DNA of 64,000 nucleotides from Octopus sinensis. Taxonomy: Eukaryota. The DNA lies in assembly GCF_006345805.1 (NCBI RefSeq), contig NC_043024.1:11160001-11224000 (forward strand), in the 5' to 3' direction. This document shows positions 13,949 to 27,255 of this stretch, one piece after another. Positions within the stretch are counted from its first letter, which is position 1. The number at the start of each line of letters is the position of its first letter. Made by a program: the position numbers and the translations under genes. A model generated the notes under the pieces. That model was not told where the DNA came from. It did not search any database and worked only from the letters and a program-made list of their open reading frames with translations.

Positions 13949-14443
13949 TCAGAAAGCCTCGTATGCACTTACAATTTGTGACGCCTTGCTTTTATTCATG
14001 ACGGGGGAAGATGACGTTAAATGGCTATGTGAGAGGGCTCCTTCTACAGTTACGTCAGAGTCTGATTTTTGTAAAATAGTGCGTATCGGTCCGGTAGATG
14101 TTTTGGCCATTAGCCTCTGGACTTTGTGGCCGTGTTTGACCAAAAGTGTTGGACTGCTATAGGAGCGGCGAGGAGGAGCAGTTGCCAGTGGTTTTCGATA
14201 GGTTGTGGCCTTAATAGACAACGGTATAGTAGGAGGTGGTGGCAATTGTGTTTTCAGTTGTGAAGTTGTGTGTACCGAGTACAATGGGTTTGCTGTAGCT
14301 GTCACCGGAGGAAGAGTAGGAAGTGGGCGTTGAGGTTGCTGCTCACTAGTGCTAGGAAGGTCAGTAACATACATGTGGTGGATGTTACCTCCGCCACCAC
14401 TGCCGCAGGGCAACGTCTCCTTGGCAACTGCCGCCATAGTGCC
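13949..14443 (-). CDS. boll: boule terminal coding exon (164 aa + TGA): GTMAAVAKETLPC...SQIVSAYEAF*
   Basis: Acceptor ttgtttcag|GGCACT at 14443, phase 0, open to TGA at 13949-13951. It is the only long non-low-complexity ORF in this part of the window and is in frame with the 24190-24369 exon. An AT/U-rich UTR-like sequence follows. Confidence 0.85.
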   Translation of the reverse strand, partial: GTMAAVAKETLPCGSGGGGNIHHMYVTDLPSTSEQQPQRPLPTLPPVTATANPLYSVHTTSQLKTQLPPPPTIPLSIKATTYRKPLATAPPRRSYSSPTLLVKHGHKVQRLMAKTSTGPIRTILQKSDSDVTVEGALSHSHLTSSSPVMNKSKASQIVSAYEAF

Positions 14444-15138
14444 CTGAAACAATGCACATTCCTAGTCAAAGCAGACAAACAAAACAAGCATGCTCGCAGT
14501 AAACAAAGCAAGACTCAAATCTACCATATACATATATATATATATATATAGATTTTATGTATGTATATATATACAGCTATACATTATCATAATAATAATA
14601 ATAATAATAATAATAGTAATAATAATAATAATATAGACATTTAATTAATTAAGAGGGTATAATTAAAGTTATTTGAATGTATATAAATGTATATAATTGA
14701 TTTTATTTTAGAAACAATAAAGTGAAAAACAAATTATCTCAGATAATAAACGAGCCAAAATGAACAATGAAAATTTAATTAAAAAAAAAAAAAACGAAAC
14801 AAATTAGCTCCTTAAAATGTGCTGGCAGATAATATTTAATATTTAATATTTAATAAACGTGTAAAAGAAAAAAATAGAATAATACAAAATAGCTTAACAA
14901 AATTTAGCATATTACACCTAATTATGTTGGGTTTCTATGGAAACATCTAGAAAATTAATTAGTTTAATACTAATAACACATGGGGTTTCAAACAGAAACG
15001 AAACAACTATTTATTTCACACTGAAGATTTCATTACTAATAAAACTATCCTATAAAATATACACTCTTTACCTAAAAGCATTTGTGCAAGAACTGCATGT
15101 ATGTACATGTATGTATATGTGTATAAAATGTGTGTGTG

Positions 15139-15182
<44 letters not shown>

Positions 15183-15909
15183 GTCTCCCACAGCACTCTA
15201 TAGATTTCAATGACCTGGTCTGCAGCTATTCTAGAGTGTCTCCTTAACAAGTTTTTAATTGGTATCACTATGTTCTGTACCTATTTTTTGATATCGTACT
15301 TATTTTATCTCCCTCTGTTGAACTGCTAATGTATACAACACAAACAGACACAATACAAACACCTATGTATGCATGTATACACGCATGCATGCACAAACAC
15401 AAAATTCTGCTCAGTTTTTCATTCGCCCAATTTCCTTCATGAGGTAACCGGTCATCTCGAGACTAGAGAAGAAGACACTTGCCATTATCATTACACAATA
15501 AGACACACACATACACGCAGGAAGGTGAGGGAGATTCACATACATGTTCACTATGCATATGCACACACAAACTGAAAGTGAAAGCCTCTAACAAGGCAAG
15601 AAAGATTGCGAAAGAAACAGAGACAGAACAACAAACCATTTCCACCAGTTGAAAATTAATTAGCATCTATAACTTAATTAGTCAATTAACTAAGCTTCCT
15701 ACCCACTTTATGTCCTTCAATCTTGAACGGTTGGACATTGTGACCTAATGTCCATTTTCTCCTTCTATAACTTTGTGCTAGATTCAGACATGCTTTCATT
15801 CTCTATCTCAACAAACACAAACACAAACAAAGATTTTTTTTCAAAACCTAATAAATGTTAATTGGGAGATAATTGTCTTAAATAGGATAATCAAATTGTC
15901 ACTGTGATA

Positions 15910-15923
15910 GAAATAACAACAAC

Positions 15924-15989
<66 letters not shown>

Positions 15990-15990
15990 T
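15910..15990. repeat. (AAT)n microsatellite (similar tracts at 8870-8950 and 61850-61980)
   Basis: Read directly from the sequence. Confidence 0.9.
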
Positions 15991-16019
15991 TTGATGATAA
16001 TGATGATGATGATAATCCT

Positions 16020-17335
16020 TAATACTAAATGCACAAGGCCTGGAATTTGGGGGGAGGGGACTAGTCGATAGCATTGACCCCAGTGTTTCATTGGTACTAA
16101 ATTTACCGACCCCAAAAGGCTGAAAGACAAAGTCAACCTCAGCGGAATTTGAACTCAGGACTAATAATAACAACAATAATAATAATAATAGTAATAATGA
16201 TAATGATAATAATAATAATAACAACAACAACAACAACAGCCCTTTCTACCTTAAGCACAAAGTGTGCAATCTTGGTGGTGGTGGGGAGTAGTCAATTATC
16301 AACCCCAGTGCTGGCCTGATACTTATTATATTGACCTCAAAAGGATGAAAGGCAAAGTCAATTTTGGCAGCATTTGAACTCAGAATGTCAGGCCAGAGAA
16401 AATGCTGCTGAACAGTCCTGCCAGCTGACCCACATTAATTGATAGTGGGATCTGAACACAGAAAGTAAGGACAATTGAAATACTGCGAAGCATTTTGCCT
16501 GGCCTGCTAACAATTCTGCCAACTCGCCACCTCATTAATAATAATAATATTCCTTTCTACTGAAAGCACAGGGCCTGAAATTTATGGGGAGGAGACTAGT
16601 CAATTGCATCGACCCCAGTGTTTCACTGGTACTAAATTGATCGACCCCAAAAGGATGAAAAGCCAAGTCGACCTAGGCAGAATTTGAACTCAGAACATAG
16701 CAACAGGCAAAATACAGCTACGCATTTCGTCCAGAATGCTAACAATTCTGCCAGCTCATCACCTTCTCAATAATAATAATAATAATAATAATAGTCATAA
16801 TAGCAATAATAATTTGTGTTTATTCAGTTTAATAATTGTTTCTGTTTTAGGCACAAGGCTAGCAATTTTGAAGGGAGGGAGAGTGATCAATACCATTGAC
16901 CCAGTAACTAAGTGGTACTTTGAAGATGATGATGATTATGATGATGATGATGATTATGACAACTATAATTTAAGGCACATGACCAGCAATTTTGAAAGAA
17001 GAGGTTAGCTGATGATATCAACCTCAGTACTGACACTGTATTTTACTGACCCAGAGAGGTTGAAGAGGCAAAAATGACGTCAGTTAGATTCGAACCCAAC
17101 ACTATAAAGTAATTTTTTCTGATGCTCTAAAAATTCTGTTAATCCATTATTTTAAATAATAGCTTGATAAATTAACCTCAGCTGCATTTGAAATCAGAAA
17201 GACATTTGTATACCAAAAGGCCTTCTTGTGCAAACTCTCATGCCTATTTCTAATTTTGGCACAAGAGCAGCAGTTGTATTGGAATGGGTGGCAAGTCGAT
17301 TATATTGACCCCAGTACTTGACTCAAAACACTTAC
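16020..17335 (-). mobile_element. cluster of about five truncated or decayed family-A SINEs separated by (AAT)n/(GAT)n
   Basis: Repeated aggcctgaaatt...gaccccagtg...ggtact...gacc...aaaggatgaaag..aaagtc.acct...gaatttgaactcag blocks near 16030, 16260, 16560, 16850 and 17260. Confidence 0.75.
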
Positions 17336-20300
17336 GAGGATAAAGGGCTAAGTTGGCCTGGACAAGATTTGAAACCAGGTAAATCCTGCCAATGTCACAA
17401 ATGGTTTCCAAGTGTATTTCATGTAGTCATTTATGGTAAGAATACACATAAATAGAGGGGAAGGAGGAGGAGAAGGATAACAGTGGTAGTGGTGGTGGTG
17501 GTGGTGGTGGTGACAAGGATGGTGAAAATGATTCTGTGTCACTGGCGTAAACATAATTAGTTAAGTAAGCAGATTCATCCCCATGAAATTCCTGTTTGAC
17601 TTTTGATTAGTTCAACATACAAAACCAAGGTAATTGACCCTGAAGGGATCAAGAGACCAACACTTAACTCTCTTAGACGACGTGGTTGAAGGATTTCCAA
17701 CAGGAGGGAGAGCAAGAGCAAGAGAGAGAGATGAGATACAAATACTATAAGATATAATCCCATGTAATAGAAATTATGTTAAACCAGAATCTACACTAAT
17801 TTAACAGAGTTGTTCGCTAAAATTCTACAAGAAAAAAAAAAGGCTTATCACTAATTCAACCACATCAATAAATAGTATTCTTATTCATGAAATTAAATTG
17901 TCCATAATTAGGACAGCAGCAATGTAAACTTATAGTAATCAGAATATGCACACACACTGTGCATGACTGCATGCGCACGCACGCACACACTGTGCATGAC
18001 TGCATGCGCACGCACACACACAGTCATGAGACTCAGCCAGAATCAAAACTGAATTGTGTAAACTATTTACCAAATACAGAATATAACACACCCTAGTCCT
18101 TTATTCTCACAAATTCGCAGATGTGTATGTGTGTTAAAAACAAGACAAGCTTTTCTCTCTCGTCGAAGACTTAGTCCCAAACAGAGGAAACTCATAACAG
18201 TATATGAACTTCAACAAAAACAACAAACAATTTTCCAACTATTGGCATAATTTTTAGAATAGAAAACACTTTTCATCTACCACTTATTCTGACAGACTGG
18301 ATTTAAACAAGAAAATTTTGAAAAAAAAGTTCCTAGTTCAAATCCAGTATTGTCTACATGTCCTCATGGTAATATTTAATGTTTTTGCCTCAAGAGCAAA
18401 CAAAAAAAAAATAATAATCTCAGAATTATTTTCTACAGAGGAAGGTTATCAGTACTGTAATTCTAATGTGTGTGTGTGGAGGGGTGAATGCAAATACCTT
18501 TTTGCATGTTTTATTCCGTTATACGAAAACCTAGTGTTTAGATGTTAAGGTATTTAAAACAGAGATTTGAATATTTTTTCTGACATCCATTATAGACACA
18601 AAAGATCTAATTACATTTTAATTGTTCCCTACAACTTCAATATTTCTCTACCACAATGTTAGAAACAATTTAAGAAACAAAGAGATTAAAAAGTCCAAAT
18701 TTGGAAGTTGGGGGTAGGGGGACCTTAGGGGAAACTGAAATTTTTATACTTATCTAGAGATAATTTTAATAAAACTTCAACTGAAATATCATTTTTCATG
18801 GCTTAATTAGCGTGCCACATCCATAATCATTTTGTGGTGGGGGTCTTCAAAAAAGGTAGGAGAGGAAGAAGACTTAAGTGTTATCCTCAAACCCAAAACT
18901 ATACCCAAGGATGTGGTGGTGTTAGTGGTGGTGGTATCACACCAGGTGACATGTGTAGTTTATCATCCTAAAGAAAGTATCTACAATATAGTATAACAAT
19001 AAACAAACCTGATACTCTCACATACACACAATCAATAACAAAGAATATCTAATATTGGTTCATCAATGACATTTGACAGATATTATTATTATTATTATTA
19101 TCATTATTATTATTATAGTTTATTAAATAATTACTAAAAAGCTAATTATTAATGGTCTTATTACATGTAAATAATTTACAAGATGACAAAGAAGCGTTTG
19201 ACTTAATTTGGAAATTACTGATAGGTAATTAAAACATTTCAATTAAATCTTATAAACCAGAAATAAAACAAAAAATAAAAAAGAATTTTCAAGTTACTCC
19301 AAAAGAAATGGAAAGGGATAAAATAATGGTAGATTTGAGCAAGCCTCACAAAAAATAACCTTCCACAATACTTTGTATATCTTTAAAAATAGTTCATCTT
19401 GTTTTTAACAATATATATATAGTAAAAACGTAAAAAAAATATATATGTATTAAATAAATAAAAATAATTCAAAAAACCAGCATTTGAACATTTGTAAATT
19501 GTGATGTGTTTTTAAAGTCATCGCTAAAATACTCAAAGCAGAGACATCATGCAGTGAACCTATGTGTGAAAAACAAGAAGATTGTAAAATACTATGGAAG
19601 CAATCTCAAAGATTCTCATGAAATTTGTTCTTCAGTTGGACCTGTAAATGAGCTACAGTTTAGTCTAAAGGAATCGTTGTTAACCAAGCAAAGGTTAGGA
19701 CTTCAGTATAAAGAAATATACATGTTAGATTATACATGTACCATTTTAATGTCTAATCAATATAACAGAGGTGATATAAATATTACAGCAAAACACAGTT
19801 TCTTGGGCAACTTATTGCAGTTTTGTCTATATATATAAATATATATTAAATGCAAATTAAAGCTAAAGCGAGTTGTGAGTAATTCCCCCTTGAAAAAACT
19901 TTAAGCCAAGAAATTTTTAATTCTCATAGTGAAAGCATTCAGAGGCGAATTTTAGGTTATTTTTATCATTACCCTAATCAGATATACATAAGAGATAATG
20001 GTGTCATTGAGACCCAAAGGTGTCAGGTAAATCCTCAATAAGTGCTATAGACAGACCAGAGTTAAGTTCCAGATTCGGTAATATTGCGAATAAAGGGTTC
20101 AACGTTGGTTCTATGTCAGCATGTGTATAGAAGAATTTTTTGCGTAATAAGATAAAAAAGAACCCAAGGCTGTATAGATATTAGAGCATTTATAGATAGA
20201 AGGTCTTACAGCTCTTATATCTCTACAGCCTTGGTTTTTTATCTTATTACACAAAAAATTCTTAGATATATATATATATATATATATAGTGTGTGTGTGT

Positions 20301-23300
20301 GTGTGTGTGTGTTCGCTGTTCTTTCATCTTTTCATTGTGAAATTAAATTTGATGGTTATTCCAGAAATGATGTTAAATATCTACTGAAAATGGAATTGGT
20401 GTTTTCTGCAAGCCCTGTTGCTTAACACTTAAATAAACTTGATATATCTCAACAGAAAATGGTCTCCAACATGACATTCCTCAGCGGAAGGGTTAATAGA
20501 TTTCTAATGCACAAGTAAAGGCCACTAAAACTAAATCGAAAAATTCATACATTTATTCCAAGTAACAAATAAAAGATTTTATGAAATTATGACAAGTCTT
20601 TAATTCTTAGTTATTGAAACATAACATAACTGTAAGTATAAAAATTACAACTCTTAATTATAAATATTATCGTTAATGAAGTGGAATTTAACTTTCTGTG
20701 TACACTATACAAATTGATAATTCAATTAGTTTCTTTCTTCTGGATGATTTCCTTACATCATCAATACAGTACATCAGCCGTTACCCACATGATACATGGA
20801 ATGCTACATGGCATAGGTGACTTGTATGAAGCTAGAAACATTCCTTAATTCTAGATAAACTTTTAGATCTAATTAAATACTTTTCAATTTAATTAATATT
20901 ATAACATAAGCATGTTCCATAATTCTCTTCTGACAACTGTGATCGAGTCAGTAAGATCATAGAAAAAAAAGAGCCCAAGCTACAGCATATTTCAAATAAT
21001 GTAAATAAATTTGGGACAGTCATTGATTTAAAGATGTAATGATCAATGAGATGGCAATGATGGTGAGTCTGCTAACCCATTAGTTTCATATAACGCAGGC
21101 CAGATCTTCATGTAGTGTATAAGAAGACATCTTATAGCAGCAACAACCGTAACCTAACGAAGTTCATTGCATAATTTCCTATTCCTTTGTCATTTGTTTA
21201 ATTTCATATTATGCTCTGTACTTGACTAATGCCCTATTCGGAAATGCTATATCTTTGGGAGAGGGGAATTTTTAAAACATTCTCCTTGTTTTTTTCTTCC
21301 CCCACTCCCATGAAAAGCAAATAAAAATTGCTAATTTCAAAAAAAAAAAGAAAAAAGAAAAAAAGTATGGTGGAAGGTTATGGACACACAATCACACACA
21401 TAAAAAAAAAACATACAAAGTTACACGCGAACATTTATACACAGCTGATATACATTTAAATAGTTTACTCTCTCACACAAAACAAACAAAAAAGAACTAC
21501 GTGTGCAGACAGAGATTCAACTTGTAGAATTTCATCTTATTCCATAGGCAAATTTGTACAAGCTTTCACATGCAAACCAAATAATATAGCTTTTTTACTT
21601 TTTTTTTAAAACAAGCTGTTTAGAGGGTGCTTTTTTTTTTATTCAGTGTCCTTAGCAAAAACTAGACAACAGGAAAATGAATAACCATTATATTCTAGTA
21701 TTTTAAACACACTTTTTTCAACAATAGAAAAACTAATACTTTCTTAATATGATCCTGTATCTACAACAATTATCACCAAAATATATTTTCCATAATAATG
21801 CTCTAAATATAAATAAGTTAAGAAAATAAGAAAATAATTAATTAGGAAAAAATATGTCTATTCCCTTCCCAATAAATTCATACAGTCAATATATAATTTA
21901 GATGTGATAATATTTTTTAAAATATTGACAGTATAAACATACATACACACACACATAACTAGATATACACAAACATTATAAAATATACATATGCACACAC
22001 TTATGTGTATAGGTATACACAGACACACATACACGCACACAAACATATATGGAAAGACATATACAAACACGCACCATGCATGTATATGTGTGATAATAGG
22101 TGTGTGTGTGTGTGTATGTGTGCACTTAGGAAACAATACTTAGATGATCATTTAAGAATAATCATCTTGGGGGTGATAATTATACCTAACGTTCTCGCTT
22201 ATTTGTTTCTCACAACTGAAAATCTTGGAAATCTTACAAAACAAAATGTTGAAAGAGAGGGATATAATTAACTGAATTGGCTTGAGTAGATTACTGGTAT
22301 CAATCAAGGAAAGCTAAACCAAACATTGGTAGAATTTTAACTAAAGACATTAAGAGATATGTAGCTAAATATTTTGAGGTGTTTAATCAAGTAAGCAAAT
22401 ATTTCTAACTCAAACTATTATTAAGAACTTTATGATTTATATAAAATTATAAATTCATAAAATTTTATTATCATTATCATATATCATTATTATTATTTTA
22501 AATATTCCTGTTTTTAAATTACAAACTCCTATTATAGATATAAGTACTGCCTTGTAATATTTACAATACTACAATAAACTAATTGATAATTATGCCAAAT
22601 CTGGGGTAAGTGATTACTATGTTTGTTTTTTGTCAATAGTCCCTTCTTATTTAATTAAGGAGTTTATCAAAAAAGGAACCAATAAACAACATTCAATAGC
22701 CCTAATTATCTCTGTCTCTAAAATTATAAACAGCCAGATATAATTTCAGAATAAAAAATATCTAGCAAAGGAAACCAACACAGAAGTAATCATCGTAACA
22801 ATCCTTTCTACAATAGACTCAAGGTCAGAAATTTGGTGAGGGGGTCAAGTTGATTACATCAACCCCAGCTTTTTGACTGGTACTTATTTTATCAACCCTG
22901 AAAGGATGAAAGGTAAAAGTGACCCCAGTGGAATCTGAACTCACAACGTAAAGACAGATGAAATAATAATAATCATCATCATCATCATCATCATTTAGTG
23001 TCCGCTTTCCATGCTAGCATGGGTTGGACGGTTCAACTGGGGTCTGTGAAGCCAGAAGGCTGCATCAGGCCCAGTCTGATCTGGCAGATGAAATAATAAT
23101 AATAATGAAATTATTGTATACAGTGCTCAGGTGCACCACAAATGCTGCTAAGCAATTTTTTGCTTGGGACGTTAACAATTCTACCAGTTCAAAAGCCTTA
23201 ATAATCACCATCATCATAATAATAATACTATATATAACAATACTTTATGTGACTTTAGTAAAGAAGAGAACAAGCTTGTAGTATCAAGAATCCAAAAATA

Positions 23301-24189
23301 TAAAACCTTATATACAAATTTATATTTTTAATCCAAAATAGTTAAAAAATATATCTGAAATCATGGATTAAATAACACTGTACAGTTAACTAGAAAATGT
23401 AAGAAAATAGACATTATTCTCAAAAAATAATTTCTTTTGTCAAGGCACAAGGCTTAATTTTTTAAATTATTGACTCCATTAAATACTTAACGAGAATCAA
23501 ATTCAGAACATCAAGGATCTGGTACTCAAAACACTTTTTCTACTACTCTTCACCCTTAATCCCAAACTAATTAGTTCAACCCTTTCGTTACCATATTTCT
23601 GTTGAAATATAATAGCACCTTCGTCTCAAAGAATTTTGAAAAATGACAAAGAATTTAGTAAAATAACTTTGTCGTTATTAAGCTGGTGTTTAGAGCATAA
23701 ATTAACGAGAAATTTTGCTGGAACATTTTAATTAAGATCACTTTAAGCAGGAAGTTTGTATTTTAGAACTCGGAGGTCTCAGATGAGTTGGTATCAAAAG
23801 GGTTAAAAGAGATCATCTTAAATATTTTAGAGGTAAGCATTTTTTTCAAAGCATGATTGCTGTCAACATCACCACCATTACCACCACCTCCACCACAATC
23901 TAGAGATAGATTTTTGTCCTTATTTGGAGAATAGCTTAAGGCTTTTTGTTACTGTTATCATTATTTGGAAACGATACTACCAGCACAAATAAAACAGAAT
24001 AGGAATAAAGCTTGTACATGTTTATAAACACTTAGTGAATGCTTCATTTAGATCTAGCTCGTTATGCCATAAGGTGATTTGCGTCAATGGGCAATGTTAA
24101 TTAAATTAAAAAGTGGCAAGCCAACAAGGTAGGCATGTTAGCTTGGCTAGTGTGAGGAGCTATCACATGGTAAAAGGACTGCGAATTAC

Positions 24190-24369
24190 CTCAAGAGGAG
24201 GCGCCTCAAGCATAGTTGTTGCTTCGGTGATGTCAGTGTGCTGGAACGTAGGTTGGGGAGGAGGCTGGGCATACATCAGGTCCGGAGAGTGAGGGATGGC
24301 AGCAAAGACATAACCAGGGGCTGTCGCAGCAGTGGCAGCAGTGGCCGCAGCTACACTTTGACCAGGATT
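24190..24369 (-). CDS. boll: boule internal exon, 180 nt, phase 0-0: NPGQSVAAATAATAATAPGYVFAAIPHSPDLMYAQPPPQPTFQHTDITEATTMLEAPPLE
   Basis: Acceptor ctgtttttccag|AAT and donor GAG|gtaatt. Only one frame is open across the exon. P/Q/Y/A-rich composition typical of DAZ-family C-termini. Confidence 0.88.
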
Positions 24370-25704
24370 CTGGAAAAACAGCACACATACACGTTTTCTT
24401 CACTGCATTATTTAGAACAACAGGACAAAAAGAAGCAAATTAGGTTGTTGTGTCAGTAATTGTTAATTAGTCGATGAGAATTAAACAAGAGTTAATTAAA
24501 AGAGGGGAAACAATTGTTCATTTTTTTCTTCCCCTGAAAGCTGACTTATTTAACGAATGACATATTTGTCTTGCTTATAAATGTTCGTGGATTTGTTTCT
24601 AAATGAATTTTGAAATTGAAACCCCAACTTCCTTTGTTAGGTTACAACTTAAATTTACAGAATGTACTTAAAATATACAACAAGCCTTAACCAAGTTAAA
24701 AATGTAGATTATCTGTGGGGTTTTTGTTTTAACTATGATCGTGTTTAGGATTCAAAATTTTCATCTTTTCTTTACTCAATTTCATACTGAATAAAATATC
24801 TTTCAAGAAGAAAACTAACAACATAACAAATTTACTTTGTTTTAGTATTTTACTAGCAATTGTTGTGTAATCTCAGCAACAATAATTTTTAAAAAGGGGA
24901 TCGGAAGATCAGTGAAATAAAGAAATAAGTTTTCCTTTTGTTATGTAATAAAAAGTTGAATATTTCAGTGAACACAAACTATTCTTTGCCTTATCTCTTT
25001 TGTCCACCACCACTATTATTATCATCCTTATTAAAAGCCAAGATGAACCAGCCAATTAATTTTAGCTATATTTATTACTCTATTCTTAAGACAGAAACAG
25101 AAACTAACCCTCAACACACCTGGACATTTATGCATAAAACGCAAGTAATTCAAAGAAATAAATCTGCTTCTAACTATATTTAATAAAACATTTTTCCCAC
25201 AAAGACAAACCTATATGTTTTTTACCAATTGTAAAATTAAAGGAATGAGGAAGAATCTGCAGTAATAATGATCTCAATTGAATTAAGTAACTGGATAATT
25301 AACTTTTAATTTGCTTTATGACACAGTACCATATGGGACTATATCGGTCAACCAGTTCTGAAATGCATGATGCCACAAGAATTGTATTAACCCCAGTTTC
25401 TTAACAACAAGATCACTAAAGTAGCATATATATTTCAAAACCTGGTCTGGATTTATGAGAGTGTTTTTGGGTAATTTAGCTTTTTTCATTAAATATCAAC
25501 AAGTAATTGTTACAGAAAGAGGAAAACATTTATTGTAATCAGAAACATATCTTTAACAAAAATTCTATAATTCACATAATAGCCAGCCAGCAGTTCACTT
25601 CTTGCTCACTCAAGAATATTTGTCTTCCCTACCATTACGTATAACTGATCGGTAATCTTAACAATATGTTTGTGATGGTAACTAAACGCAAACACATTGT
25701 CTTT

Positions 25705-25791
25705 ATCACCATCACCATCACCACCACCACCACCACCACCACCACCACCACCACCACCACCACCACCACCACCACCACCACCACCACCACC
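25705..25791. repeat. (ACC)n/(ATC)n trinucleotide microsatellite
   Basis: Read directly from the sequence. Confidence 0.95.
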
Positions 25792-26146
25792 AACATCACT
25801 TTCACTAACTGTAGAATTATCAATTAAATCTGTTAAAGAATGTAAGAGCTACGCTATCAACTGTATAACAGAGTAACTTAGTAGAATTACAGATTTCAAG
25901 AGCAGCTTAAATTCTTGGACACCAAAAATTAATAAAAGTCCGTAGACAACTTACTGTATATATAATATCTGGAGGCTGACGAGGTCAGGAAATTAAATGC
26001 TATTTATAATTTAAGATATTTTCTAAGAAATATAAAAATAACTTTATAACACTGATCTCAAACTGAAAAGTTCCTTTCGAAAAGGTAAAAGAATATATTT
26101 TATCCTATTCAAATTAAGAGTGAATACTTATGTAATGATGAAATAC

Positions 26147-26203
26147 CTGAGCTGTCCAGCGCCATTGGCTTGGTGTTGGGGTTGTCCATTGAGGTGGTGT
26201 TCC
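26147..26203 (-). CDS. boll: boule internal exon, 57 nt, phase 0-0: GTPPQWTTPTPSQWRWTAQ
   Basis: Acceptor cttctaacttcttacag|GGA and donor CAG|gtattt. QWRW resembles QWQW in the post-DAZ-repeat exon of human BOLL (recalled). Confidence 0.88.
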
Positions 26204-27171
26204 CTGTAAGAAGTTAGAAGAGAAAAACGTTTGTAATTCTGCTTACAATTTCACAATTAAATTATATATGTGTGTGTATGTGTGTGTGTGTGTATATATA
26301 TATATATTTATTTATAAAACCATCATTATCATTTTAATGTTCATTTTCCCACGAGTCAGATCAAATGTGAAGGCAGATTTTCTATGGCTGGATGCTCTTC
26401 CTGCCACCATCCCTCACCTGTTCCAGGTAAGGTAATATTTCCCCCATGGCTAAACATGTTTTTCATGGAAGATTGTAAATGACTTGCAAACAACTATGAT
26501 GCAATGCTAAGGCAAGGTAACAATAACACACACACACACACACACACATACTATTTCCACCTACCAGATCTATTCACAAGGCTTTTGGTTGGCTTGGGGC
26601 TATAGTAGCAGACACTTGCCCAAGGTGCCATGCAGTATAGAAATGAACCTGAAACCATGTGGTTGGAAAGCAAACTTATTACCACACAGCCACACCTGTG
26701 CCTAAAATACACACACACACATGCATGAAAAGCTCTCTCCAAGTGCATATTAAGAAATTGGGTGCTTTACACCATCTAAACAGCATTGATAATAAAATAT
26801 GGGCACAATTTCAGAAACCAGTTGCTGTCATGTCCTCTAATGACACTTAACTTTCAATAACCCAATCCACTTAACTGTAAATATGCACTACGGAGTTGAA
26901 TAGTTAACTACCTGCTTTAAGCAGTGTTAGAACTGTAAAAGTGATATATCTGTAGTTTATAGAACTGAATTCAACGTCTCCCAAGGGTTTTATCTTGAAG
27001 AGAAGTATAGGCTTAGATAACTGCATAGAACAGTGATGCCTCTTATACGTTTGTGAAGTGAAATGACAGCAGAGGCAATCTAGTTAGCAGCTAGATATAA
27101 ACTATGGAATATATATATATATATATACGTGTCGGATGAAGCGTGGAAAACCTTCAACAAATTTGTCTTAC

Positions 27172-27255
27172 CGGTTGATATGTTGGATATGTTGGAGCCA
27201 TATAGACTGGAGGTGGTGGCTGTGATACCATCACGGCAGCTGCTGAATAGGCTGG
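27172..27255 (-). CDS. boll: boule DAZ-repeat-like exon, 84 nt, phase 0-0: PAYSAAAVMVSQPPPPVYMAPTYPTYQP
   Basis: Acceptor ctcctttctgtctgtag|CCA and donor CCG|gtaaga. VMVSQP..Y..YQ resembles the BOLL DAZ repeat (PVMVAQPIYQQPAYHYQ, recalled). This reading frame is not in the supplied ORF track. Confidence 0.88.
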
